A stretch of 64,000 bases of DNA from Bacillales bacterium (GCA_035700025.1 DASSOY010000028.1:3606-67605); one strand, 5' to 3'. Positions 30,109 through 42,904 are shown, numbered from the stretch's first letter. Notes: generated from the letters alone by a model not told the origin. Program-made: numbers and translations.

Positions 30109-31995
30109 TTATTCGGCCACCTTTGCCAATTTCCCTTGTTCAAGATAAACGAGCAAAATCGAAATGTCGGAAGGATTGACGCCGGAAACACGGGAAGCTT
30201 GCCCGACGGACAACGGACGAACTTGACTCAATTTTTGTTTCGCTTCCGTAGCCAGCCCTTGAATAGCAAAATAATCGAGATTTTCCGGTATCTTTTTCCG
30301 ATCCATTCGCTTCATTTTGTCCACTTGCTGCATTTGTTTTTCAATATAACCGGAATACTTCGTTTGAATGTCCACTTGTTCCGCAACATCATCCGGAATT
30401 TCTATATCCGCAGGCACCAGCTGACGGATAAGATCGTACGTCACTTGCGGACGTTTCAACAAATGCTCAGCGCTCGCAGCCTCCTTCAATGCTCCGGCAC
30501 CAGCAGTTTCAAGCAACTCATTAACTTCCGCATCCGGTTTGATCATTACCTTTTGCAGCCGTTTCATTTCTTTTTGGATGGCGGCTTTCTTATCTACGAA
30601 TTTTCGGTACCGCTCTTCCGGAATTAAACCAATTTCGTGACCAAGCTCAGTCAATCGCAAATCGGCATTGTCATGCCGAAGCAGCAAACGATATTCAGCA
30701 CGGGACGTGAGTAATCGATACGGCTCATTCGTTCCTTTTGTCACGAGATCGTCAATCAAAACGCCGATGTACGCTTGTGAACGGTCGAGAACAACCGGTT
30801 CTTTTCTTTGCGCTTTTCTGGCGGCGTTGATGCCGGCCATGATACCTTGCCCCGCCGCTTCTTCATAGCCGGACGTTCCGTTAATTTGTCCCGCCGTGAA
30901 CAAATTTTCTACTTTTTTCGTTTCCAGCGACGGCCACAATTGCGTCGGCACGATCGCATCATACTCGATTGCATAACCCGCTCTCATCATGCGCGCGTTT
31001 TCGAGCCCCGGGACCGTGTTCAACAATTTCCGTTGAATGTCTTCCGGCAAACTCGTGGAAAGCCCTTGAATGTAAACTTCGTCCGTATGGCGGCCTTCCG
31101 GTTCTAAGAAAATTTGATGTCTCGGCTTATCGTGGAAACGGACAATTTTATCTTCAATCGACGGACAATAACGCGGGCCGGTCCCTTTGACTATGCCGGA
31201 ATACATCGGAGACCGATCAAGATTTTCCGAGATTAAACGATGCGTATCCTCTCCGGTGTACGTCAACCAACACGGAATTTGATCGGTGATGAACTTCGTC
31301 GTTTCATAAGAAAACGCACGCGGTTCTTCGTCCCCTGGTTGAATTTCCGTTTTCGAATAATCGATCGTGTTTCCGTTCACTCGCGGCGGCGTTCCCGTTT
31401 TGAAACGAACCAACTCGAAGCCAAGCTCTTGCAAATGATACGACAGCTCAATCGACGGCTGCATGTTGTTTGGTCCGCTTTCATAAGCAAGATCCCCGAG
31501 AATAATTTTTCCGCGCAAATAAGTCCCTGTCGTCACGACAACCGTCTTTGCTCGATAAGCTGCGCCGGTTTTCGTAATGACTCCTTTGCATACACCGTCT
31601 TCGATAATCAATTTCTCAACCATGCCTTGCATGAGTGTCAGTTTTTCTTCTTTTTCCAACGTTCTTTTCATTTCTTGCTGGTACAATACTTTATCCGCTT
31701 GCGCGCGCAACGCACGCACCGCCGGACCTTTTCTCGTATTCAACATCCTCATTTGAATATGCGTTTTATCAATGTTCTTTGCCATTTCACCGCCAAGCGC
31801 ATCGATTTCACGAACAACAATGCCCTTCGCCGGACCGCCGACAGACGGATTGCAAGGCATAAAAGCGACAGCGTCCAGGTTCAAAGTTAACATTAATGTT
31901 TTTGCCCCCATGCGCGCTGCAGCCAATCCCGCTTCCGTGCCGGCATGACCGGCTCCGATGACGACAACATCATATTCACCAGCTTCGTATTGCAT
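30109..31995 (-). CDS. mnmG: tRNA uridine 5-carboxymethylaminomethyl modification enzyme MnmG (GidA)
   Basis: Start at ATG 31995 ([22 protein letters not shown]) after AAGGAGGG. FAD-binding GxGxxG. Confidence 0.96.
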   Translation of the reverse strand: MQYEAGEYDVVVIGAGHAGTEAGLAAARMGAKTLMLTLNLDAVAFMPCNPSVGGPAKGIVVREIDALGGEMAKNIDKTHIQMRMLNTRKGPAVRALRAQADKVLYQQEMKRTLEKEEKLTLMQGMVEKLIIEDGVCKGVITKTGAAYRAKTVVVTTGTYLRGKIILGDLAYESGPNNMQPSIELSYHLQELGFELVRFKTGTPPRVNGNTIDYSKTEIQPGDEEPRAFSYETTKFITDQIPCWLTYTGEDTHRLISENLDRSPMYSGIVKGTGPRYCPSIEDKIVRFHDKPRHQIFLEPEGRHTDEVYIQGLSTSLPEDIQRKLLNTVPGLENARMMRAGYAIEYDAIVPTQLWPSLETKKVENLFTAGQINGTSGYEEAAGQGIMAGINAARKAQRKEPVVLDRSQAYIGVLIDDLVTKGTNEPYRLLTSRAEYRLLLRHDNADLRLTELGHEIGLIPEERYRKFVDKKAAIQKEMKRLQKVMIKPDAEVNELLETAGAGALKEAASAEHLLKRPQVTYDLIRQLVPADIEIPDDVAEQVDIQTKYSGYIEKQMQQVDKMKRMDRKKIPENLDYFAIQGLATEAKQKLSQVRPLSVGQASRVSGVNPSDISILLVYLEQGKLAKVAE

Positions 31996-32037
31996 TCGTA
32001 TACCCTCCTTTGTTCGTACTCTTATAACATACAATCG

Positions 32038-33423
32038 TTACTTACCTAAGCAAAATTGCGAAAACAATTGATCGATCAAGCTTTCCGATACCGTATCCCC
32101 AACGATTTCCCCGAGGATTTCCCATGTCCGCGTAATGTCAATTTGCGCCATATCGACGGGCATCCCCGACTCAATCGCAGCAATCGCTTCGGCAATCGTC
32201 CGGGATGCTTGCCGCAGTAATGCCGCATGGCGAGCATTTGATACGTACGTCATGTCCCCGGCTTCAACATTTCCGCCAAAGAACAGATCGGAAATAGCCG
32301 TTTCCAACTCGTCCACACCTTCATCTTTTACTAATGACGTTGTGATAATCGGCGTGCGGCCGCCACTTAATTTTCTTACCTCTTCAAGCGAGATCTGTTG
32401 CGGCAAATCCGTTTTATTGACAACGACGATTGTATTCATACCTTTGACCGCCTCAACTAAGTCTTCATCCTCTTTTGTGAGCGGTTCATTGGAATTCAAC
32501 AACAATAAAATCAAGTCAGCTTCTTTCAATACTTTTCTCGAACGGTCGACACCGATGCGCTCGACCATATCTTCCGTTTCGCGAATCCCAGCCGTATCGA
32601 CGAGACGCAGCGGGACACCTTTAATGTTCACATACTCTTCGATCACGTCACGCGTCGTACCTGGTATATCAGTCACGATGGCTTTATTTTCATGGACAAG
32701 ACTATTAAGCAACGATGATTTGCCGACATTCGGCCGGCCAATAATCACCGTAGAAAGTCCTTCCCGTAAAATTTTCCCTTGTTGTGCGGTTTCTAACAGC
32801 TTCTCGATTTCCGCTGCTACGTAACGCGTCTTCTCAAGCAGCAGTTCATTCGTCATTTCTTCTGCATCGTATTCTGGATAATCAATGTTCACTTCGACGT
32901 GCGCAACCGTCTCAAGCAACGTCTGTCGCAATCGCTGCACAAGCCGCGACAAGCGTCCTTCCATCTGATTCAAAGCGACATTCATTGCTCGATCCGTCTT
33001 GGACCGAATCAAATCCATCACCGCTTCCGCTTGCGACAAATCGATTCTCCCGTTCAAAAACGCGCGTTTCGTAAACTCACCCGGCTCTGCGAGCCGCGCT
33101 CCTTCCTCCAACACCTTTTCCAGAACGCGCTTCACGGATACCACACCGCCGTGGCAGTTGATCTCTACTACATCTTCACGGGTAAATGTCTTCGGTGCCC
33201 GCATCACGGACACCATCACTTCATCTATACGTTCCTCGCGACCTCTGTCGATCACGTCTCCATAATGAATCGTGTGGCTTTCAACCTCTGCCAATGTTTT
33301 GCCGGACTTCGCCTGAAAGACGCGGTCGGCGATCGCCACCGCCTCTTCTCCACTCAATCTAACAATGGCAATGGCTCCTTCTCCCATCGGCGTCGAAATT
33401 GCGGCAATCGTATCGGATTCCAC
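32038..33423 (-). CDS. mnmE: tRNA modification GTPase MnmE (TrmE/ThdF)
   Basis: Start at GTG 33423 ([25 protein letters not shown]). G1 [10 protein letters not shown]-terminal CLGK tail. Confidence 0.96.
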   Translation of the reverse strand: MESDTIAAISTPMGEGAIAIVRLSGEEAVAIADRVFQAKSGKTLAEVESHTIHYGDVIDRGREERIDEVMVSVMRAPKTFTREDVVEINCHGGVVSVKRVLEKVLEEGARLAEPGEFTKRAFLNGRIDLSQAEAVMDLIRSKTDRAMNVALNQMEGRLSRLVQRLRQTLLETVAHVEVNIDYPEYDAEEMTNELLLEKTRYVAAEIEKLLETAQQGKILREGLSTVIIGRPNVGKSSLLNSLVHENKAIVTDIPGTTRDVIEEYVNIKGVPLRLVDTAGIRETEDMVERIGVDRSRKVLKEADLILLLLNSNEPLTKEDEDLVEAVKGMNTIVVVNKTDLPQQISLEEVRKLSGGRTPIITTSLVKDEGVDELETAISDLFFGGNVEAGDMTYVSNARHAALLRQASRTIAEAIAAIESGMPVDMAQIDITRTWEILGEIVGDTVSESLIDQLFSQFCLGK

Positions 33424-33536
33424 ATTTTCACCTCGCCTTCCTGTCAAACCTATCTATAATCGCATAGTTCTCCTAATAGTTCAAGCCTTCGTGTATTTTC
33501 AACATGTGCGTAACCGTTAGTTCCAGTGTAGCCGAT

Positions 33537-33635
33537 TTATCCACAGTGGATAACCAAACTCACATGATTCTAGTTTAACGGATAGTCTCAACAAAAAACA
33601 ATAGGAACACTCAGCGTGAAGACGAGTTGTCCACA
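33537..33635. promoter_or_regulatory. DnaA-box cluster in the jag-mnmE intergenic region
   Basis: Perfect TTATCCACA at 33537-33545, overlapping the inverted AGTGGATAA at 33545-33553. TTGTCCACA at 33627-33635. Confidence 0.65.
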
Positions 33636-33666
33636 ACGGAAACGTTCCCAAAATTACACAGCCCAC

Positions 33667-33697
33667 AAAAAAAACCTTTCCGTCGGCAACGGAAAGG
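33667..33697 (-). terminator. Terminator of jag
   Basis: Minus strand: CCTTTCCGT-TGCCG-ACGGAAAGG followed by TTTTTTTT. Confidence 0.8.
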
Positions 33698-33718
33698 AAA
33701 GTGAAAGAAAGCCTTCTT

Positions 33719-34333
33719 TTATTCGGGAGCAATAATGACTCGTCGGTTCGGCTCGGAACCGTCCGAATACGTTTGGATCCCTTCTTCATTCTTTAGAGCG
33801 AGATGAACGATTTTTCGTTCCATCGACGGCATCGGATCAAGCGCAACTTCCCGTCCGGTTTCGCGAACGCGCTGGCCGTTTCGCTGCGCTAACCGTTCAA
33901 GCGTTTCTCTTCGGCGGCTCCGATAGTTTTCCGCATCGACAATAAAATGAACATGCTCGTCCGAATGGCGATTCGCCGTTACATTTGTTAAATATTGTAA
34001 AGCGTTCAGCGTGCTTCCTCTTTTTCCGATCAAGATCGCGATTTTTTCTCCGGAAAGCTGAAAGATCACGTCACGGTCATCGCGAATCTCTTTGATCGCC
34101 ACGGGAACACCCATTTTCAGTGTCACTTCCTCAAGAAAAGTGCGCGCTGATTCAACCGGATCCTTATCAACCTTAACGGTGACAACCGCCGGTTTTGAAC
34201 CAAGCCCGAGAAATCCTTTCTTCGGCTCCTCGACGACGTCGATCTTTACTTGATCCTTCGTCGTTTTCAATTCACGAAGAGCTTCCGCGATCGCTTCTTC
34301 GACGGTCTTGCCGAATTTCGTGACTTCTTTCAC
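33719..34333 (-). CDS. jag: Jag/KhpB RNA-binding protein (Jag_N, KH, R3H)
   Basis: 204 aa. MKEVTKFGKTVEEAIAEALRELK..., KH motif IGKRGSTLNALQ, R3H-type C-terminus. Confidence 0.9.
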   Translation of the reverse strand: MKEVTKFGKTVEEAIAEALRELKTTKDQVKIDVVEEPKKGFLGLGSKPAVVTVKVDKDPVESARTFLEEVTLKMGVPVAIKEIRDDRDVIFQLSGEKIAILIGKRGSTLNALQYLTNVTANRHSDEHVHFIVDAENYRSRRRETLERLAQRNGQRVRETGREVALDPMPSMERKIVHLALKNEEGIQTYSDGSEPNRRVIIAPE

Positions 34334-34351
34334 TTTTTTCGAGCCTCCTGT

Positions 34352-35107
34352 TTACTTGCTCGGTTTAAGATCACCCGGTTTATCTCTGTAAACGATGAAG
34401 ATTTGACCGATCATGAACAAGTTGCCGACCACCCAATAAAGAGCAAGCGCCGCGGGGAGATAAAATCCGATGAACGCAATCATAATCGGCATCACATAGG
34501 TCATCATCGCCATTTGCGGGTTCGTGTTCCCGGTTCTTCCGAGCATTAATTTTTGCTGAATGAACGTTAAGATGGCTGCAATAATCGGTAGAATGTAGTC
34601 GGCTTCCCCAAGACTAAACCATAAAAACGTATGGTGCTTGATCTCATCCGTTTTTTGGATCGCTTGATAATAAGCGATCAAGATCGGCATTTGCACGAGT
34701 ATCGGCATACAGCCGGCCATCGGATTTACGTTATGTTCCTGGAACATTTTCATCGTTTCTTCCTGCAGCTTTTTCTGCGTTTTCTGATCCTTGGAACTAT
34801 ACTTTTCTCTTAATTTCTTCATTTCCGGCTGAATATCCTGCATCGCTTTCGAACTTTTTGTTTGTTTGATCATCAAAGGAAGCAAAAACAGGCGGATAAT
34901 AACCGTCGATACGATGATCGACAATCCGAAGCTTCCACCGAAAAATGCGGCGAGTTTTTTTAAAAACAAAGATAACGGCCACACGACGTAGTGCGTCCAT
35001 AAACCCGGCGAGTGTTTCGTCACCGGCTCGTTATAATAATCAGAACAGCCGGCAGCCAAAACAACGATGCCGATCAGCAAAACGGCTATTCCTAATTTCT
35101 TTCGCAC
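34352..35107 (-). CDS. yidC: Membrane protein insertase YidC (SpoIIIJ-type lipoprotein)
   Basis: Start at GTG 35107 (M-RKKLGIAVLLIGIVVLAAGCS lipobox) after AGAGGGGGA. Conserved insertase core (NPMAGCMPILVQMPI). Confidence 0.92.
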   Translation of the reverse strand: MRKKLGIAVLLIGIVVLAAGCSDYYNEPVTKHSPGLWTHYVVWPLSLFLKKLAAFFGGSFGLSIIVSTVIIRLFLLPLMIKQTKSSKAMQDIQPEMKKLREKYSSKDQKTQKKLQEETMKMFQEHNVNPMAGCMPILVQMPILIAYYQAIQKTDEIKHHTFLWFSLGEADYILPIIAAILTFIQQKLMLGRTGNTNPQMAMMTYVMPIMIAFIGFYLPAALALYWVVGNLFMIGQIFIVYRDKPGDLKPSK

Positions 35108-35136
35108 AAACTTGTCCCCCTCTTCTTGCCCATGTC

Positions 35137-35397
35137 TCATGGTCTGCCGCATGATCCTTCCGTTGAGCTATCTTCAACGCTGCGGTTTGCCGGAACCGGA
35201 TCGATCCCGCCTTTGTGTAAAGGATGGCATTTGCTCAAACGAACGAGCGTCAACCAGCCGCCTTTCACGACACCAAATCGCTGAACCGCTTCCAACGCGT
35301 ATTGTGAACAACTCGGATAAAATCTGCAAGTCGGCGGCGTCCAAGACGAAATCCATTTCTGATAACCTCGGATGAGGAAAACAATAGTCCGTTTCAT
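35137..35397 (-). CDS. yidD: Membrane protein insertion efficiency factor YidD
   Basis: MKRTIVFLIRGYQKWISSWTPPTCRFYPSCSQYALEAVQRFG..CHP.. is the hallmark YidD sequence. Confidence 0.85.
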   Translation of the reverse strand: MKRTIVFLIRGYQKWISSWTPPTCRFYPSCSQYALEAVQRFGVVKGGWLTLVRLSKCHPLHKGGIDPVPANRSVEDSSTEGSCGRP

Positions 35398-35756
35398 CCT
35401 CTTTTCCGCCTTTCATTACCTTTCCGAAGCAATCCCGAACGTTTCAATACATGAATCATGCTGCTTTTCATTTGCTGGTAATTCATGTTTGCCGTCGGTT
35501 TTCTTGCGATGATCACGTAATCTTTTTCCTCGGAAAGATCATCTTCCACCTCGCGGATCACTTCGCGAACGATTCTCTTAATGCGATTGCGCGTGACCGC
35601 GTTTCCTACTCTCTTGCTGACGGAAATGCCGATGCGAAACGGCATCCCGCTTCGTTCCGTATAATAAACGACGAATTGTCGATTCGCGAAAGACGTGCCT
35701 TTGCGAAAAACTCTTTGAAATTCAATGTTCTTCTTTAATCTTCGCTTCGATTGCAT
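35394..35756 (-). CDS. rnpA: Ribonuclease P protein component
   Basis: Start at ATG 35756 (MQSKRRLKKNIEFQRVFRKGTSF) after a GGAGGGA RBS. RNR motif region (VGNAVTRNRIKR). Confidence 0.92.
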   Translation of the reverse strand: MQSKRRLKKNIEFQRVFRKGTSFANRQFVVYYTERSGMPFRIGISVSKRVGNAVTRNRIKRIVREVIREVEDDLSEEKDYVIIARKPTANMNYQQMKSSMIHVLKRSGLLRKGNERRKRG

Positions 35757-35778
35757 CGAGTCCCTCCGCCTCACTGCG

Positions 35779-35806
35779 AAAAAAGGCCACTGACGGATCA
35801 GTGACC
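35779..35806 (-). terminator. Hairpin + T6 between rpmH and rnpA (probable partial terminator/attenuator)
   Basis: Minus strand: GGTCACTGA-TCCG-TCAGTGGCC followed by TTTTTT. The stem overlaps the rpmH stop codon. Confidence 0.6.
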
Positions 35807-35940
35807 TATGCCGATAATACTTTGCGGCCTTTGCGGCGTCGGCGAGCAAGAATTTTGCGGCCGTCTTTCGTGCTCATGCGTTTGCGAAAACCATGATTTT
35901 TTTTCCGTTTACGGGTGTTTGGTTGAAAAGTACGTTTCAT
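35806..35940 (-). CDS. rpmH: 50S ribosomal protein L34
   Basis: Too short for the ORF track. Hand translation: [44 protein letters not shown], with a GGGAGGTGG RBS. Confidence 0.95.
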   Translation of the reverse strand: MKRTFQPNTRKRKKNHGFRKRMSTKDGRKILARRRRKGRKVLSA

Positions 35941-36050
35941 CTATTCCACCTCCCAGAGGACGATACCCATCACTTCATAAACACAGTCCTGCTAATTATA
36001 AGAACAATCCCCCGCCGTTGTCAAGTTGTTCATATGCAGACGCTAAACGT

Positions 36051-36476
36051 TTATCCACTGTTGATAACTTTCTTCGCCTCGCTGCGATCCATCCACTCAG
36101 TTATCGACAAGTTTTGCACAAGTTCATTCGTTGTGGAAAAGAAAAGATCCACAGCTGTTCGCGCTGTGGATAACCTTTTTGATCCCATTGCATTCAAGCC
36201 TTTATTTTGATATGATATTTGTGCTTTAACTCGTGGATCATTCATTCTTGCGCGCGATTTCCTCCACATGTTGTGGATACGTTGTGGACATTGTCCTCAA
36301 ATTGTTGAAAATTGTCGTCCACATGCTGTGAAAAATGTCGATAAACGAAGTTTCTTCCTATTAATATTGCTTGTGTTTATCATTGTGGATGATTTCGCGC
36401 GAAATCATGTATTTTTATACATAGTTGTGCGGATGAAGCATTCTTTTTTTTTTTTTATTTATTTATTTTTATTGAA
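36051..36476. other. oriC left module: DnaA-box cluster upstream of dnaA plus a T-rich tract
   Basis: Boxes: TTATCCACT 36051, TTATCGACA 36101, AGATCCACA 36145, perfect TGTGGATAA 36165-36173, CGTGGATCA 36232, TCCTCCACA 36260, TGTGGATAC 36272, TGTGGACAT 36283, TCGTCCACA 36315, TGTGGATGA 36384. T13 run and TTTA repeats at 36441-36476. Confidence 0.85.
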
Positions 36477-36495
36477 TTGTGAAGGAGGCTTTAGG

Positions 36496-37863
36496 TTGGA
36501 AAACATCTCGGATTTATGGAATCGAGTGCTGTCCTCCATTGAAAAAAAATTGAGCAAGCCAAGTTACGAAACATGGCTGAAATCGACAAAAGCCGACGGG
36601 ATGGAAGAAGACACAATCATTGTCGAAGCACCGAATGAATTTGCTAGAGACTGGCTTGAATCGCAATATTCCGATTTGCTTACGGAAACACTTCGCGATG
36701 TAACGGGATCCGAACTGAACATAAAGTTCATCATCCCGCAAAACGGAAAAGAATCCGATATCCCGTACGAAATCCGGAAAAAACAACAAAAAGCAAGAGT
36801 GAGGCCGATTTCCGGCGAAGGAAAAAAAACGATGCTCAACCCGAAATACACGTTCGATACGTTCGTCATCGGATCCGGCAACCGTTTCGCCCATGCAGCA
36901 TCGCTCGCCGTCGCTGAAGCACCAGCCCGTGCCTACAATCCGCTATTTATATACGGCGGCGTCGGTCTCGGCAAGACCCACCTCATGCATGCGATCGGAC
37001 ATTACGTCAGCGAGAATAACCCGGACGCAAAAGTCGTCTACATTGCGTCGGAGAAATTCACGAATGAATTCATCAACTCGATCCGCGACAACAAAGCGGT
37101 TGATTTTCGCAACAAATACCGAAACGTGGACATCTTACTCATTGATGATATTCAATTTCTTGCAGGAAAAGAACAAACCCAAGAAGAATTTTTTCATACG
37201 TTCAATTCCCTTCACGAAGAGTCAAAGCAAATTATCATTTCCAGCGATCGGCCGCCGAAAGAAATCCCGACGCTGGAAGATCGGCTTCGTTCCCGGTTTG
37301 AGTGGGGGCTCATTACAGACATCACCCCGCCGGATCTTGAAACGCGCATCGCGATATTGCGGAAAAAAGCGAAAGCGGAAGGGCTCAACATTCCGAACGA
37401 AGTCATGCTGTACATCGCCAACCAAATTGACACAAACATTCGCGAACTCGAAGGCGCACTCATCCGCGTCGTCGCTTATTCGTCATTGATCAATCAAGAC
37501 ATGAATGCTGATTTAGCAGCGGAAGCGCTCAAAGACATCATTCCTTCTTCGAAGCCGAAAACGATCACGATTCACGACATTCAAAAGTCGGTAAGCGAAC
37601 ATTACCAAGTGAAAATGGAAGATTTCGCAGCAAAGAAGCGAACGAAATCAATTGCCTTCCCCCGTCAAATCGCCATGTATTTGTCGCGGGAACTTACGGA
37701 TTTCTCGCTTCCGAAAATCGGACAGGAATTCGGCGGCCGCGATCATACGACGGTCATTCATGCCCATGAAAAAATTTCGAAACTCGTTGAAGCGAATCAT
37801 GATTTGAAACAAAACGTAGAATCGATCATCCACGAGTTGAAAGGAACCGCGAACATCACGTAA
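36496..37863 (+). CDS. dnaA: Chromosomal replication initiator protein DnaA
   Basis: Start at TTG 36496 ([31 protein letters not shown]) after GAAGGAGG. AAA+ Walker [11 protein letters not shown]-terminal DnaA-box-binding domain. The longer track ORF from 36268 runs through the DnaA boxes. Confidence 0.97.
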   Translation: MENISDLWNRVLSSIEKKLSKPSYETWLKSTKADGMEEDTIIVEAPNEFARDWLESQYSDLLTETLRDVTGSELNIKFIIPQNGKESDIPYEIRKKQQKARVRPISGEGKKTMLNPKYTFDTFVIGSGNRFAHAASLAVAEAPARAYNPLFIYGGVGLGKTHLMHAIGHYVSENNPDAKVVYIASEKFTNEFINSIRDNKAVDFRNKYRNVDILLIDDIQFLAGKEQTQEEFFHTFNSLHEESKQIIISSDRPPKEIPTLEDRLRSRFEWGLITDITPPDLETRIAILRKKAKAEGLNIPNEVMLYIANQIDTNIRELEGALIRVVAYSSLINQDMNADLAAEALKDIIPSSKPKTITIHDIQKSVSEHYQVKMEDFAAKKRTKSIAFPRQIAMYLSRELTDFSLPKIGQEFGGRDHTTVIHAHEKISKLVEANHDLKQNVESIIHELKGTANIT

Positions 37864-37866
37864 CCC

Positions 37867-38000
37867 TGTGGACGATGCGAAAAAGTTATGTACAAGATAT
37901 CCACATGTGGATAAGAGCCGCAGGCGCGACAGGATCGACTTATACACAAATTCACAGCGCCTACTATTACTACGAATTTTTTATAAAATAATAAATAACA
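37867..38000. other. oriC right module (dnaA-dnaN spacer): DnaA boxes, DnaA-trio-like repeats, AT-rich unwinding element
   Basis: TGTGGACGA 37867, ATATCCACA 37897-37905 abutting perfect TGTGGATAA 37906-37914, TTATACACA 37940-37948. GC clamp CAGCGCC. CTA CTA TTA CTA CGA at 37961-37975. ATTTTTTATAAAATAATAAATAA at 37976-37999. Confidence 0.85.
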
Positions 38001-38011
38001 GGAGGCTCACT

Positions 38012-39187
38012 ATGGAAAAGGTCGTTCAATCCGGACAAAACATTGTGATGAAATTAACCATTCGCCGCGAACCGCTGTTGAAGAGCATCAATCACGTCAT
38101 GAAAGCCGTATCGTCAAAAACGACAATCCCGATTTTGACAGGCATGAAAATAACCGCATCCAAACAAGCGGTTGTTTTAACGGGAAGTGATTCCAATGTA
38201 TCGATTGAGAGCACGATTCCGTTGACGGACAATGAAGAAGAAGTGGCTGAGGTCTCCCATCCAGGCAGCATTGTTTTGCCAGGGAACTTCTTTGCTGAAT
38301 TAATCAAAAAATTACCGGAAGACACGGTAGATATGACCGTTGATGAACGACTGACAACGACGATTCGTTCTGGTTCTTCTGAGTTCAACTTAAACGGTCT
38401 CGATCCCGAAGAATATCCGCGGTTGCCGAAAATTGACGAAGAAAACACGTTTCGCATTAAAACCGATTTATTAAAAGACGTGATTCGTCAAACGGTCTTT
38501 GCTGTGTCCACCTCAGAAGCACAACCCGTATTGACAGGTGTAAACTGGGAGATTTCTGACGGCACCCTTTCCTGTGTTGCAACAGACGGACATCGTCTCG
38601 CTTCAAGAACAGTTGCTGTTGAAGAAAATGCAGGACAAGTTTCAAACATTGTTATTCCCGGACAAAGCTTGAATGAACTTGGCAAAATTCTTGATGACGG
38701 ATCAGAATGGGTCGATTTCGTCGTCACGGAAAGCCAAACGTTGTTCAAAACGAATCATTTGTTATTTTTCACGCGGCTGCTTGACGACAATTACCCGGAT
38801 ACAAAACGATTAATTCCGCAAGAATCGAAGACGGACGTGATCGTTGATACGAAAGCATTCCTCCAAGCCCTTGACCGCACATGGCTGCTTGCGCGGGAAG
38901 ACCGGAGCCATAATGTTGTGAAATTGTCGACATTGAATGACAGCGAGATGGAAATCTCCTCGAATTCTCCGGAGCTTGGAAAAGTGTTTGAGAAGGTGAC
39001 TGCTCGTTCGATCGAAGGCGACGAAGTCAAAATTTCCTTTAGTGCGAAATACGTCATGGCTGCGCTTCGTGTCATTGACGCACCAGAAGTACGCATTCGT
39101 TTTACAGGAGCCATGCGTCCGTTCTTGATCCAGCCGACCGAAGATGATTCAGTGTTGCAGCTTGTTTTGCCGGTTCGAAGCTATTAG
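38012..39187 (+). CDS. dnaN: DNA polymerase III beta sliding clamp
   Basis: ATG 38012 lies 6 nt after a strong AGGAGG. An alternative ATG at 38048 (MKLTIRREPLLKSINHVMKAVSSKTTIPILTG) matches the usual DnaN N-terminus but has no RBS. Confidence 0.94.
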   Translation: MEKVVQSGQNIVMKLTIRREPLLKSINHVMKAVSSKTTIPILTGMKITASKQAVVLTGSDSNVSIESTIPLTDNEEEVAEVSHPGSIVLPGNFFAELIKKLPEDTVDMTVDERLTTTIRSGSSEFNLNGLDPEEYPRLPKIDEENTFRIKTDLLKDVIRQTVFAVSTSEAQPVLTGVNWEISDGTLSCVATDGHRLASRTVAVEENAGQVSNIVIPGQSLNELGKILDDGSEWVDFVVTESQTLFKTNHLLFFTRLLDDNYPDTKRLIPQESKTDVIVDTKAFLQALDRTWLLAREDRSHNVVKLSTLNDSEMEISSNSPELGKVFEKVTARSIEGDEVKISFSAKYVMAALRVIDAPEVRIRFTGAMRPFLIQPTEDDSVLQLVLPVRSY

Positions 39188-39297
39188 GCCTTGACACTCG
39201 GCTCGCTTTGAAACCATTTGCTGATTGACCGTCTCACTAAACGACGAATGCCCCGTGAACGGAAGGCAGACGAGATGAAAAAGTTTGGAGGCCTTGG

Positions 39298-39513
39298 ATG
39301 TCGCAACAAATCACACTGTCGGGAGAGTACATCACACTCGGGCAATTTTTAAAACATGCGGGAATCATCGATTCTGGAGGCGCAGCCAAACCGTTTCTTG
39401 CTGAAAATGACGTGTACATTAACGGTGAACTTGATACACGCAGAGGTAAGAAATTATATGCAGGCGATACGGTTGAAATTCCCGGAATCGGAACCTTTGA
39501 GATTTCACGCTGA
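39298..39513 (+). CDS. yaaA: S4-domain RNA-binding protein YaaA (RlbA)
   Basis: 71 aa, [34 protein letters not shown]... Conserved between dnaN and recF. Confidence 0.88.
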   Translation: MSQQITLSGEYITLGQFLKHAGIIDSGGAAKPFLAENDVYINGELDTRRGKKLYAGDTVEIPGIGTFEISR

Positions 39514-39521
39514 CGAAAAGG

Positions 39522-40637
39522 GTGTGCCGTTTGAAACTGGAAACGTTGAAACTTGTCCATTATCGAAATTATGAAAAAGCCGAACTTCGTTTCGACGGCG
39601 AGATCAATTTATTTATCGGAGAAAATGCACAAGGGAAAACAAACTTGCTTGAAGCGATTTACGTACTGGCGATGGCAAGCTCCCATCGCACGCCTCACCA
39701 TAAAGAGTTAATCCATTGGAACGAAGAATATGCTAGAATAGAGGGGAAGGTTATAAACGCGAGAGGCGGCCTTCCTCTTGATGTTGTGATCTCAAATAAA
39801 GGCAAGAAGGTGAAAGTCAATCATATCGAACAGCGGAAATTGAGTGAATACGTAGGGTCGCTCAATGTTGTCATGTTCGCTCCCGAAGACTTGAATCTCG
39901 TTAAGGGGAGTCCACAAGTGCGGCGGCGGTTTTTGAACATGGAGATGGGGCAAGTCTATCCGGTTTATCTTCATGAATTGAGCCGTTACCATAACATTTT
40001 GCAGCAACGGAACGCGCTTCTGAAGTCGATCAAACAGCCGAACGAAATGTTGGACGTATTAACGGAACAGCTGGCGGCATCAGCCGTAAAGATCATGACC
40101 CGAAGACGGGCGTTCGTTGAATTGCTTCAGGAAAGGGCGGAACCGATTCACCGCGAAATCAGCCGGGGCGCGGAACAGTTGCAAATCACCTACAAGTCAA
40201 GCGTTGACGTATCAGAACGAGCAGATTTGTCGAACATGATAGATACATTATGTCAAAAATTTTCCGACATCCGCACGAGAGAAATTGAGCGCGGGGTTAC
40301 TTTGCTTGGACCGCATCGTGAGGATCTCGGATTGCATATAAACGGCAAGGAAGTGCAGACGTACGGGTCGCAGGGGCAGCAAAGAACCGCGGCTTTATCT
40401 TTGAAACTGGCGGAAATCGAGCTGATCGCGGCGGAAGTCGGCGAATATCCGTTATTGTTGCTTGATGATGTCTTAAGCGAGCTTGACGGCTATCGGCAAT
40501 CTCACTTGTTGCACGCGATTCGAGGAAAGGTCCAGACGTTTGTTACGACTACAAGCGTTGACGGCATTGACCATGATACAATAAAAGAAGCCGCGCATTA
40601 TGTGGTTGCCAACGGAAAGGTCAATACCGAAAAATGA
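39522..40637 (+). CDS. recF: DNA replication and repair protein RecF
   Basis: Walker [16 protein letters not shown] and signature region. The start is ambiguous between GTG 39522 and TTG 39531, which is better spaced from AAAGGG. Confidence 0.94.
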   Translation: MCRLKLETLKLVHYRNYEKAELRFDGEINLFIGENAQGKTNLLEAIYVLAMASSHRTPHHKELIHWNEEYARIEGKVINARGGLPLDVVISNKGKKVKVNHIEQRKLSEYVGSLNVVMFAPEDLNLVKGSPQVRRRFLNMEMGQVYPVYLHELSRYHNILQQRNALLKSIKQPNEMLDVLTEQLAASAVKIMTRRRAFVELLQERAEPIHREISRGAEQLQITYKSSVDVSERADLSNMIDTLCQKFSDIRTREIERGVTLLGPHREDLGLHINGKEVQTYGSQGQQRTAALSLKLAEIELIAAEVGEYPLLLLDDVLSELDGYRQSHLLHAIRGKVQTFVTTTSVDGIDHDTIKEAAHYVVANGKVNTEK

Positions 40638-40649
40638 GGTGAACACGGA

Positions 40650-40895
40650 TTGTTTATCCATTTGGGGAACGATGTGATGGTTCCGGCGGGAGAGATTGTC
40701 GCGATATTGGATTATGCGTTGCTCGAAAAGCGGAACTTAGCGTTTTTGGAAAACCACAAGAAAACGTATCTCGTCATCGATATCGGCAAACAGGAGACAA
40801 AATCGGCAGTCGTGACGACGGATGAGAACATTTACCTGTCTCCCTTTTCCACGTTAACGTTAAAGAGGCGTCTGAATTCGGAAACGCCCGGATAA
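40650..40895 (+). CDS. remB: DUF370 protein YaaB/RemB (extracellular matrix regulator family)
   Basis: 81 aa, MFIHLGNDVMVPAGEIVAILDY... Conserved between recF and gyrB. Confidence 0.85.
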   Translation: MFIHLGNDVMVPAGEIVAILDYALLEKRNLAFLENHKKTYLVIDIGKQETKSAVVTTDENIYLSPFSTLTLKRRLNSETPG

Positions 40896-40940
40896 AATGG
40901 GGCGGCCGTGCCGGACGACGAGCGGAAATCAGGGCAGTGA

Positions 40941-42884
<1,944 letters not shown>

Positions 42885-42904
42885 GGCGATATGGAGGTGT
42901 GAAC

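Noticed and set aside
33517-33789. Track ORF 33517..33789 (90 aa) in the jag-mnmE spacer
   Set aside because: It overlaps the jag 3' end and terminator and runs through the DnaA-box cluster. It has no RBS and an implausible composition.
36268-36495. Long N-terminal extension of dnaA (track start 36268), and ORFs 35808..36210 (+) and 36051..36269 (-) in the origin
   Set aside because: They traverse the DnaA-box cluster and the T13 tract. The conserved DnaA N-terminus (ENISDLWN...) begins at TTG 36496, directly after GAAGGAGG.
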